Shown piece by piece: positions 30,492 to 39,052 of a stretch of 64,000 bases of DNA. How positions within the stretch are numbered: position 1 is the first letter of the stretch; each line of letters starts with the position of its first letter. This DNA comes from an uncultured virus (IMG/VR IMGVR_UViG_3300042861_002315) (taxonomy: Duplodnaviria > Heunggongvirae > Uroviricota > Caudoviricetes). The notes under the pieces are model-generated. The model saw only the letters and a list, made by a program, of their open reading frames with translations, did not search any database and had not been told where the DNA came from. A program made the translations under genes and the position numbers. Where the stretch lies: IMG/VR virus record IMGVR_UViG_3300042861_002315; one strand, 5' to 3'.

Positions 30492-31117
30492 TAATTACCA
30501 CCACCAAACCATCTACTAGGGTTAAGACCTAAATCATTTGCGACCTGAGAAGCTTCTGAGGGACTAGGATTGTAGCCGCCGAACACTTCAGGTACTCTTC
30601 CATTAGCCACCTTATCATAGGCAAGTTTCTTAGCTAAAGCTTTTGCATTAAGCTCCTCAGAAGTCAATCCTTTTGTAATCCCACTTCCAAAAGTATCGTA
30701 AGGTTTAACATAGTCATCGGGCTTTAAGAATGCTTTACGAATGGAAGAGCCAGCAGCACCGTAACGTTCATTAGCTGAGCCTAATGCAGACTCAGGAGAT
30801 ACATAGCCTCTTTTTAGTTTTTCTAGCCCTGCACCTAGAGTGAGATTTTTTAATCGAGAAGCTGACTCAGGAATATCAGATAAAACTCCACGTTCACCAT
30901 TTTCATTCAACAACGCATCATACCCAACCTTACCGCCTAAACCCACAGCAGCCGCACCACCCAAAGCTAAGCTAGGTCTAACGCCTCTGCGTCTAGGTCT
31001 TTGTTCTTGTGTGGCTTCCTCTTCTTGTTGCTGCAAAGCAAATTGTGCAATAGCTCTGTTGTAAGAACGTACAAATTGAGCATAGGTAGAGTTGTGATTG
31101 CGATAATATTTAGTCAT
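30491..31117 (-). CDS. A-x-F leader protein with glycine-rich helix (208 aa)
   Basis: STYAQF and AIAQF near N-terminus; LALGGAAAVGLGG. Confidence 0.6.
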   Translation of the reverse strand: MTKYYRNHNSTYAQFVRSYNRAIAQFALQQQEEEATQEQRPRRRGVRPSLALGGAAAVGLGGKVGYDALLNENGERGVLSDIPESASRLKNLTLGAGLEKLKRGYVSPESALGSANERYGAAGSSIRKAFLKPDDYVKPYDTFGSGITKGLTSEELNAKALAKKLAYDKVANGRVPEVFGGYNPSPSEASQVANDLGLNPSRWFGGGN

Positions 31118-31137
31118 GTTTTTATTTTTAGTATACC

Positions 31138-32703
31138 TTACTTGTTGTCGAAGTTAACTTTCTTGAGTCCAATACCCAAGGCTGATTTATAATCTCCGTT
31201 GAGGGCAGAATCAACTAACTGGGCGCGAGAAGTGTCGTCAATTAATTGTCCCCTCGCTTTAGAGAGCAAACCAGCACGTAATTCGGGGTCTTGAATGCGG
31301 TCAAGAGCAGCTAACTTTTCTGCTTCTAGTATCTCATCTTTTTTCTTCGCTTCTTTTTTTCTGCGATATAGTCCATATCCTGCTCCTGCGATACTAATAG
31401 CTGGAACAATTAAAGGCAGAAAGAAATCGGCAGTTTGTTTAGATTTAGGTTTTGAATATACCGCTTGAGTGCGATAATTAGTCCATTTAGGTTTTTTACG
31501 TTCTATTTCTTCTTCTTCTTTATTATGGGGTGCTGGTGCAATTAAAGGATGAGCCAAAGTATCAGGAACAATATTAGAAAGTCCCAAAGCTGTAGGTACA
31601 TTGCTAATCACATTATCAACATTGTATTGGGCGCTATTGTAGTAATCTAAGGCTGCTGCTCTGTCTTCTTTGTCCTTGATTTTGTTTATTCTAAGTGCAT
31701 CCTCGTTACGTTTCTTATTAAGTCCCGACAGCAAACCATACCCACCAACAGCAACGGCAGCACCTTTTTTCCAATCAACTCCTTGAGGCTTTGGACGACC
31801 GAATATAAACTCAGCTTGCTTAACAGATGCATTGAAGTGATTGTAACCTAGTCGTGGTTGTAGTTCTTTCTCGCCTACTTGACCTAAGAAAGCCTTTTGT
31901 TTTTTTTGCTCGAAGTCAAATTTTCGCTCTTCCAAATCAAGGCGATTCTTTTCTGCTTGCTGTGCTTGTAAACTATCTGGGTCAATACCTCTTTGTTCTC
32001 TGATTAGATTACGTCTGGCAATTATTTCCGCTACTTTGTCACGATAACCCTGAGCTTGTTCTTGTTTTTCTTGCTCAGCTTCCTTATTTTTGTTGTTTTG
32101 ATATATGGCAGCTCCTGCGGCAATGGGAGCTAAAGTTAGTCCAGCAAGTGTTCCACGTATCTCATTCTTACTCATGTCTCTGCCAATCAAAGCATTAGCT
32201 GCTGGTTGGATGACTTTACTTCTGATTGTATTTCCTATAGTCTCTATTGCAGGCGTTACATAAGGAATACGGAAACCTTGAGGTGTTTCGTCTGTGATAC
32301 CGTAATGGTCTTTTAACGCTTGCTTCTCATCTGCTGCTACTCTGTTTTTCTTAGCTGTTACTCTTTCACCTTGAGCATTACCAATCTCGGAGGGTGTTGG
32401 AGGTGGATTTGGTGGGTCAAGTTCTCTTGCCCGTTTTTTAACTGCATCTTTAATTTCTACTTTATTTAAAGCTTCTTGTAGAGCAGTAGGTACAGGTGTT
32501 TTTACAGGTACAGTTGTTCCAGTGGCAGGTTTTACAACTGCCTTAGCTCTTGTACCTCCAGCTTTCTTAGCATTATAATTAAGCCTTTTACTTCTTATCG
32601 GTACACTACCAGTTCCTGAGGGAGGAGGAGGAGCAATCAAAGGCACACCTAAAGTTTTTATTCTAGGTTTTCTTAAGGCAAATTCTGCTTTTAAACTTAG
32701 CAT
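31138..32703 (-). CDS. Modular A-x-F polyprotein (521 aa)
   Basis: LKAEF, KQAEF and QTADF each precede a module with a hydrophobic helix. Confidence 0.6.
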   Translation of the reverse strand: MLSLKAEFALRKPRIKTLGVPLIAPPPPSGTGSVPIRSKRLNYNAKKAGGTRAKAVVKPATGTTVPVKTPVPTALQEALNKVEIKDAVKKRARELDPPNPPPTPSEIGNAQGERVTAKKNRVAADEKQALKDHYGITDETPQGFRIPYVTPAIETIGNTIRSKVIQPAANALIGRDMSKNEIRGTLAGLTLAPIAAGAAIYQNNKNKEAEQEKQEQAQGYRDKVAEIIARRNLIREQRGIDPDSLQAQQAEKNRLDLEERKFDFEQKKQKAFLGQVGEKELQPRLGYNHFNASVKQAEFIFGRPKPQGVDWKKGAAVAVGGYGLLSGLNKKRNEDALRINKIKDKEDRAAALDYYNSAQYNVDNVISNVPTALGLSNIVPDTLAHPLIAPAPHNKEEEEIERKKPKWTNYRTQAVYSKPKSKQTADFFLPLIVPAISIAGAGYGLYRRKKEAKKKDEILEAEKLAALDRIQDPELRAGLLSKARGQLIDDTSRAQLVDSALNGDYKSALGIGLKKVNFDNK

Positions 32704-33722
32704 TTAGCTGCACTTCCTCGTACATACTTCTTGGTTGTACCAATTGACAAGTTGAATTGAGCCAACTTATTATTGCCACGCTTATAGGTGGTTTGTTGCT
32801 GTAGCTGTGGAATTGTCATACCACTTTCAGCCCCTCCTTGTAGTTGTGCCTGAGTCTGCGTCGCTTGGTCTTGAGGAGTCATTGCACCAGCTTGTGCTTG
32901 TTGATTCATCTGCTGCATCAACTGAGTCAGACCGAGTAGTTCGATAATTTTGACGCTGAACCCATTCAACTGAGAGTAAATCAGTTGCAACAAAACCTCA
33001 GGGCTATCAATATTAATCGCATCGTTATCATAGGCATTCTTTAGTAGAAGCCACAGTTTCTGGCAAATTTCGTTGTATTCGTCTTGAAGGTCATCGATTG
33101 CTTGGTCATTAGCATCAAGCTCGTCCCAAGTCACCGCGTTGCCACTATCGGGAATACCTGAGAAATTAGCGGTCATTGCTTTGCTCACTTTCTTATGAAA
33201 CAAGCCCATGTTAGGGATAGCAGGAATAGGTACAAGAGACAATTCCATAATTCGGTGTTCATTAGGGTCGAGGTTAAGCCCCATAGATACTGATTTGACA
33301 CCTGACTTAAGTGCTTCGACTCCTTTCGCTGCTGCAACTTTAACTCCTGATAAAAACATCCCAAGCTTTCCTACGAGGTGCTTGCTATTTGGATTAGGTA
33401 AATCTGCTTCGGTGATAACTTTAGTGAAAGCTCTTCCATTAATGCTTCCAATGGTATTTGGAATATCTTTCTTGTGGTCAGCGCAAACAGGTACAACTGT
33501 GCCGCTATCGATGGCTCGGTTAGTATGCTCGACAATTGTATTTAGGCGCTCAGCACTAAATTCATGTTCGATATCAGTACTGTCGGTAAACTTACCTTCA
33601 GTGGCTACAAGGGCAGTATACTCTTCCTTGAGTGGTGTACCAGCTACCAACACCTGCCCCAACTCAAAGTTGGCTGATGCTGGAGCTTTAAAATATGCGA
33701 TGTTGGTCTTTTTCATTGTCAA
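32697..33722 (-). CDS. Prohead (maturation) protease, Mu gpI-like
   Basis: PVCADH, VKSVSMG and ELSLVPIPAIPNM match the His/Ser motif order of Mu-I/HK97-type proteases. Confidence 0.8.
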   Translation of the reverse strand: MTMKKTNIAYFKAPASANFELGQVLVAGTPLKEEYTALVATEGKFTDSTDIEHEFSAERLNTIVEHTNRAIDSGTVVPVCADHKKDIPNTIGSINGRAFTKVITEADLPNPNSKHLVGKLGMFLSGVKVAAAKGVEALKSGVKSVSMGLNLDPNEHRIMELSLVPIPAIPNMGLFHKKVSKAMTANFSGIPDSGNAVTWDELDANDQAIDDLQDEYNEICQKLWLLLKNAYDNDAINIDSPEVLLQLIYSQLNGFSVKIIELLGLTQLMQQMNQQAQAGAMTPQDQATQTQAQLQGGAESGMTIPQLQQQTTYKRGNNKLAQFNLSIGTTKKYVRGSAAKC

Positions 33723-33755
33723 TTAATAAGTTCTTCAATAATAATAACACTGAGA

Positions 33756-34508
33756 CTAGATACCAAAAGCTGCCTTGGCTCGGACTAGGTAAGCCCATCG
33801 GTCAGCCTCACCATTCCTGCCGCCATTTATAGTAAGCATGATTCTGTCAAAGTTGTCTTGGTCAGCAAGAGCATTCAAATTTCGAGAAGACCAAAACCAC
33901 CCTGCACTACTACAAGCCAGTTCAGGTTCGGCAACTAGTTCAGGATAAGATTCGAGGTCGTAAATTTTAAGGTACTGGCTAAACTCGCGGTAGTTGGCTC
34001 TACCAGTTAATTGAATGAGTCCACGACCCTTGAACTTTCTGCCATCCCCTTCATACACATTCCCCAAATCTTCGCGCCATTCATAGTTTGCTCCGCTTGC
34101 ATACTCTTCAGTCGTATTAAAGCCGTCACTTTCATGAGCTACTTGAGCTAAGAAATGACAAATGCGTAAAGGGGTATTGATTTCGTATTTGTGGAGTGTC
34201 TGGTTAAGGGAATTGATTAAGTTATCAAGCTTACTGTAGTCAGCGTAAATTGCAATCGAATAAAGCTGTTCTTTTGTTAATAGTTCAGGAACTTCTTTGA
34301 AATCAGGTACACTTGCATGACCTTTCCACAAATAGATGAATTGATTAGGGACAACTTCTAGCTTATAGTGGTCATCTACTAGAGAGCAAGAAAGTAAATC
34401 ATAAATTTCTTGCCCTTTATTCAATCTCAACTTTTCGTCATCGGGCAAATCTGTAGATTGTGCTGTGCTAAGTTTTGCCCAAGTTGTGTTGGTAATAATT
34501 GCTTTCAT
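33756..34508 (-). CDS. Endolysin, glycoside hydrolase family 19
   Basis: HFLAQVAHES, FKGRGLIQLTGRANY, SAGWFW, INGGRNG. Confidence 0.93.
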   Translation of the reverse strand: MKAIITNTTWAKLSTAQSTDLPDDEKLRLNKGQEIYDLLSCSLVDDHYKLEVVPNQFIYLWKGHASVPDFKEVPELLTKEQLYSIAIYADYSKLDNLINSLNQTLHKYEINTPLRICHFLAQVAHESDGFNTTEEYASGANYEWREDLGNVYEGDGRKFKGRGLIQLTGRANYREFSQYLKIYDLESYPELVAEPELACSSAGWFWSSRNLNALADQDNFDRIMLTINGGRNGEADRWAYLVRAKAAFGI

Positions 34509-34513
34509 AATAA

Positions 34514-34882
34514 TTACTTCAACTTCAGTAGATTTAAAGGGGCTTTCAATACAGACTCAACTTTTGCCACTGTATCGTCAGCCGTACTAGCAATTTCAGT
34601 AATTTCTTTTACAGGAGCCAACACAGTAGATTGCTCTGTGTCTTCAGGGTTGCGTCCAAGAGGGAACCATTTTGGAGTATATACATTCTTTTCTTTATCT
34701 ACCTTGTCTGCGGCAACACCAATCGCACCAAAAAATGTGATAACTAAATTGAAGTACTTCTCGAACGTGCCACCATTTTTAGAGATATCTACAATACTTG
34801 GCTGTGCAGCACTTAACACCACAATAATTAGCGATATAAATGTGTTAGAAGAGAATAAATTTGCAGGTTTTTGCTCAACCAT
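34514..34882 (-). CDS. Putative holin/membrane protein
   Basis: Two hydrophobic segments, adjacent to endolysin. Confidence 0.5.
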   Translation of the reverse strand: MVEQKPANLFSSNTFISLIIVVLSAAQPSIVDISKNGGTFEKYFNLVITFFGAIGVAADKVDKEKNVYTPKWFPLGRNPEDTEQSTVLAPVKEITEIASTADDTVAKVESVLKAPLNLLKLK

Positions 34883-34922
34883 AACTGATACGGTATTATA
34901 GGTATATGGTCTTTATCTTATC

Positions 34923-35165
34923 ATGAACGACAAATCACTCTTCAATCAGCAAGTAGGGGAAAAACTCCGCAGTCTACGCAAGGCTAAGAATAAGTCTCAG
35001 GCTAGTGTTGGGGCTGATTTTTCATTCAGTCAGGATGTTGTTAGTGAGATTGAACGTGGCAAAAGAGCTTTGGATGCATTTGAATTGGCAAGTTTTAGTA
35101 CTTACTATGAGAAGCCTATCACTTTCTTTTATATGAACTCTCCACTACCCCCTAAAAATTCTTAA
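34923..35165 (+). CDS. XRE-family HTH regulator
   Basis: GEKLRSLRKAKNKSQASVG...SQDVVSEIERGKR. Confidence 0.88.
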   Translation: MNDKSLFNQQVGEKLRSLRKAKNKSQASVGADFSFSQDVVSEIERGKRALDAFELASFSTYYEKPITFFYMNSPLPPKNS

Positions 35166-35751
35166 AATGCTTAAACGAATTGGACATTGTAGCTAGTTTA
35201 GGTCTACGTAATTTGGAAATAGCATCACCAATTTTAGGCACAACCCCTTTAACTGCCTGTACACCCATTTTTGGCGCATCATAAAAATAGAACTTAGGTC
35301 TTGTGACAACTTGAGCTTTAGCAGTTTGTAGGGCAGCTTTTCCTGATTCGCGTAATACTTCTTTTGGAGTCAATTTTCTTCCAAGTTCTTTCTGCTTATC
35401 ATAAACTCCTCGAACATTTCGATAAGTTGCTGACATTCCATCTGCAATAGGATTCCCCCAGCCTTCACTATCACGCAATACTTGACCGCCAGTTTCAAGT
35501 GCTGCTTTAGCAACACGCTGAGGCAATTTATCCCCTGCATTAGCTTTATAAGTCTCTTTAGCTGTTTTTGCCCACTTAGGGAAATTAGGGGCGTTCATAG
35601 CTATAGGCAGCGCACTCATATCACCAAAACTAGGGTGATAACTATATACTGCATTTCGAGCTGCATCAAAAGCTGAAGGAATATCTACGTGTTGAAGAGC
35701 TTGAAGTCCCTCAAATATAAATTCAGCTCGTTGTTGCGGTTTGGAGGTCAT
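35152..35751 (-). CDS. A-x-F leader protein (199 aa)
   Basis: Starts MTSKPQQRAEFIF, ends SFKHFKNF. Confidence 0.6.
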   Translation of the reverse strand: MTSKPQQRAEFIFEGLQALQHVDIPSAFDAARNAVYSYHPSFGDMSALPIAMNAPNFPKWAKTAKETYKANAGDKLPQRVAKAALETGGQVLRDSEGWGNPIADGMSATYRNVRGVYDKQKELGRKLTPKEVLRESGKAALQTAKAQVVTRPKFYFYDAPKMGVQAVKGVVPKIGDAISKLRRPKLATMSNSFKHFKNF

Positions 35752-35859
35752 GGGTGAAGGTGTTGAAGGAGATATATTAAAGCGTAAAATAATCGCGCTA
35801 AATTTATTCTATCAGGGTCAGGTGGAAAGACTAATAGAAGTAACAATGCAATACCAATG

Positions 35860-37446
35860 CTAAGCGCGATTGATGATTTGGACACTTTTAGCTACCTTAT
35901 TTACTATATTTTTTTCTGCCCCAACAAAGTTGAGTGCCTCTAGCCCTGATTCTACTATGCGCGGTAAATTGGTCGGGTCTGGTACAGGTAGTCTAGGTGT
36001 TGTGAATGTCGAGTAGATGGCTTTTGCTGTTGCATTACCTAGTGACTTGTTAGATGAGAGTAATGCAAGCCCAGCAACAAATGCAGTTGCTGCGAGTGCA
36101 ATCTTAATTGGTGTACCTAAGCCGCCTTGAGGTGGTCGATTTGGAGGTTGTTTTTTGGGGTCAAAATCTTCTTCATCAACGTCTTCCGATAACGACCAAA
36201 AACATTGGCACATCGGATGTAGGGGCATAATAGGTCTAGCTGAATTGCGCCAGACAGTAGGGTTTCCAGCTTTATAGTTAATAACATCTCCGCTACTTCT
36301 TTGGTTTTCAATTATTTCAAATAAGTAGTATTCAAGACCATCTTGAAGTTCACAGTCTTCACATGGAACAGGGTCAGTTCTCTTACTTCCACTCGCTAAT
36401 CTTTTGTAGCGACTAATCAGTGCATATTCTCTGTCAACATTCCATCTGAATCGCTTGTATCTATCTGCCTTACCTCCAAACGCCGCCACCTTACCGAAAT
36501 TGTAAGCGATGTTCAATTCAGTCTTTACAATCACATCAGGTGACTGCTGCTTAAATGCGCCTTGTAGTCCAGCTTCATCCTTGTTGATGATATTCCTGAT
36601 GCGTACTTTGAGAAGGTTGAGGTCGTATTCGTACTTATTACGTTGAGACTTGATATTAGTAATGTATTCTCGATTGTCTGCTAAAAATAATGCAATAGCC
36701 TTACGAATTTGTTTGTTACTTTCGGTTGAGTAGGATGCTTGCAATACTCGACGACGCTTGCCAAGGTAATTACTCGATATGAAATTTTGTTTTTCATCAC
36801 TGCTACCATACAAAAAGTTCATCATGGCAGCTTTACCTGCGTTGGTGCTGTCACTAATTTTATTGAGCATATAGACGTTGCGCGACACTTCATCAGCTAT
36901 TTTGACTCGCTCTTGTATCTTGGCGACATCGTTGATATTGGTTTGCTCAGCACGTTGTTTCAGCAAATTCTCGACTGCCCTTTTAGTTAATTTATATCTA
37001 GCCTTATTTTTATTTTCTTCTTGGTAACTCGCAAACTCTGCTGATAGTTCTTTGGTGTCTTCTGTAATAACTGCACTATCAAAGTACTTGCGGATATCAT
37101 CGTCTCCGTACTCGTACAAATAGTCGTACATTTGGTGTCTAAGCGCCAACTTAATCATTGACTCAAAATTGGTAGTTAATACCTTGTTGAACTCGACTTG
37201 CACTTTGGCAAAGTATTTGGCAGTGATGTCACTTACATTCTTTTCTGCAAACTTGTCAAAAATAGTATCTGGTACTTCATAGATACTGGCATTCGATTTG
37301 GCAATCCACTTAGCCAATTCATCCACAAAAGTATTCTTGGCGAAGTCACTGTTAATAGCTCTGCGAACTCCTAAAATAGATTCAGCCAACGCTTTAAAAT
37401 ATTCTTGAGTCTTGAACTCTTTGAAGCTATTAGACTGTTTTCGCAT
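35860..37446 (-). CDS. Minor head protein, Mu gpF/SPP1 gp7-like
   Basis: IVKTELNIAYN...PCEDC...MPLHPMCQC signature. Confidence 0.75.
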   Translation of the reverse strand: MRKQSNSFKEFKTQEYFKALAESILGVRRAINSDFAKNTFVDELAKWIAKSNASIYEVPDTIFDKFAEKNVSDITAKYFAKVQVEFNKVLTTNFESMIKLALRHQMYDYLYEYGDDDIRKYFDSAVITEDTKELSAEFASYQEENKNKARYKLTKRAVENLLKQRAEQTNINDVAKIQERVKIADEVSRNVYMLNKISDSTNAGKAAMMNFLYGSSDEKQNFISSNYLGKRRRVLQASYSTESNKQIRKAIALFLADNREYITNIKSQRNKYEYDLNLLKVRIRNIINKDEAGLQGAFKQQSPDVIVKTELNIAYNFGKVAAFGGKADRYKRFRWNVDREYALISRYKRLASGSKRTDPVPCEDCELQDGLEYYLFEIIENQRSSGDVINYKAGNPTVWRNSARPIMPLHPMCQCFWSLSEDVDEEDFDPKKQPPNRPPQGGLGTPIKIALAATAFVAGLALLSSNKSLGNATAKAIYSTFTTPRLPVPDPTNLPRIVESGLEALNFVGAEKNIVNKVAKSVQIINRA

Positions 37447-37484
37447 CGTGGTAGACTTGGAATTGATATGTATACCACTTCATT

Positions 37485-38042
37485 ATGACACAACTTACAC
37501 CCGAACCTTACGTCGATACCGTAAGAAAGCAGAAAGAGAAAGACCTTATCAATGTCACTAAAAAGACGCGCAAACACATTCCAGCTTACGTTTTTCAAGC
37601 TCATGCTAATTTACTCGAACGCTTCCCAGATACAGGAAGTTTCTTGACCCCAGCATTCGTCTACCAAACCCTCCGCGAAATTACCAAAGCTATTGAGGCT
37701 CAACTGTGTGCTGACGAGACTGCCTCTATCGATATTTTTGGTTTGGGCAAATTTGTGCTACTTCGCAAAAAAGCTTATAGAAGCGAAGACAAAACAAGAG
37801 AGCAACTTTACCTCAAGTTTAGGCATTCTCAGGTATTCCTATATAAACTGAGACGGCATCATGGTACAGCGACCGCAGCCGAACTTAAGACACTGGAGAA
37901 ATCCGACAACTACATGAAGGAATTACAAGCCAAACGCGAGAAGTTTTTGCGCGAACGGGAGATGAAGCGGAAGGGTGAACTCGACGAACTTGACCCAAGT
38001 AATTATCTAAGTCAATTTTCAGGTATTCTTGAGTTAAATTAA
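37485..38042 (+). CDS. HU/IHF-like DNA-binding protein with extensions
   Basis: IEAQL...IDIFGLGKFVL...LKFRHS resembles the HU core. Confidence 0.6.
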   Translation: MTQLTPEPYVDTVRKQKEKDLINVTKKTRKHIPAYVFQAHANLLERFPDTGSFLTPAFVYQTLREITKAIEAQLCADETASIDIFGLGKFVLLRKKAYRSEDKTREQLYLKFRHSQVFLYKLRRHHGTATAAELKTLEKSDNYMKELQAKREKFLREREMKRKGELDELDPSNYLSQFSGILELN

Positions 38043-38215
38043 GAAAAGGCGCTCGAAGGAAAATGGCATCGAAAGGCTGAAAACCTGCACTAAGTAAGTC
38101 TTTCGAGGGTCGTACCTTAGATACACAATAACCTACAAAATATACATTTAGGTAGATGTTGATAAAGATTACAGCTATGATATACTAAGTTTATCAACCA
38201 AAAACAAATAAATAT

Positions 38216-39052
38216 ATGTCTCACAAAGAACTTGTATCTCCTGTAATTGCGGAAAATGGTGTTGAGTTTTATATATCTAATGACGGTAGTCGTTCTGGTA
38301 TTAGTCAAGTTGGTCTAGCAAGACTCTGTGGTGTCACTGAAGCTGGTATTCGTAACCTTATTGGCACTTCTAAAGTTGGCAGTACTTCAAAAGCGTTACA
38401 ATCTTTTGAAGGTGAAGTTTTTCATACTGAGCTTGTTTCTGAGCAACAAGCAAAAATCATTACTACTGAAGCTGCTACTGAGATTATTTTCTATTACGCT
38501 TTTAATTCTAAAGCTGCTAATGAAACTGCAAAGTTCAGTGCAATGAAGTTTGCAAAACAAGGTATGCACAATTGGATTAAAGAGATTTCTAAATTCTCCG
38601 CCAACTCTGACAATAATTCTTTGAACGAGACAATGAACACTCTAATTTCTAGTGTCAATGCCTTAACAAAAGAAGTTAGAGACTGGAAAACAGTTAAGCG
38701 TGTTGCAGATTCCAGAATGGATGGCATTAATATTCTTGTAGATGAAATTGTTCGCCGAGAAGCAGAAAAAGAAGACATCTTTACCCCTAAAGAACTTGCT
38801 GGTGATGTCCCTAATTGGTCTTTGGCTGAGTGGCTTCTTGAATTTCGTGGCACTACTTTGTCCAAGGGAAAAATGTCAGGGCTTGGGCGCATGACTTGCG
38901 AGACTTATAAAAGCTTGAAGCAAAAAGACCCCCTCAAAGATTATCGTATTGTTAACGGTAACAAATCTCTTGTTTCTGTCTACACTAAAGATGACTTTGC
39001 TATTCTTCAAGTTGCTTACTCTAAGTTTGCTTTAGCTGATTTAGCCACTTAG
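38216..39052 (+). CDS. Putative DNA-binding/antirepressor-like protein
   Basis: GISQVGLARLCGVTEAGIRNL HTH-like N-terminus plus coiled coil. Confidence 0.55.
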   Translation: MSHKELVSPVIAENGVEFYISNDGSRSGISQVGLARLCGVTEAGIRNLIGTSKVGSTSKALQSFEGEVFHTELVSEQQAKIITTEAATEIIFYYAFNSKAANETAKFSAMKFAKQGMHNWIKEISKFSANSDNNSLNETMNTLISSVNALTKEVRDWKTVKRVADSRMDGINILVDEIVRREAEKEDIFTPKELAGDVPNWSLAEWLLEFRGTTLSKGKMSGLGRMTCETYKSLKQKDPLKDYRIVNGNKSLVSVYTKDDFAILQVAYSKFALADLAT

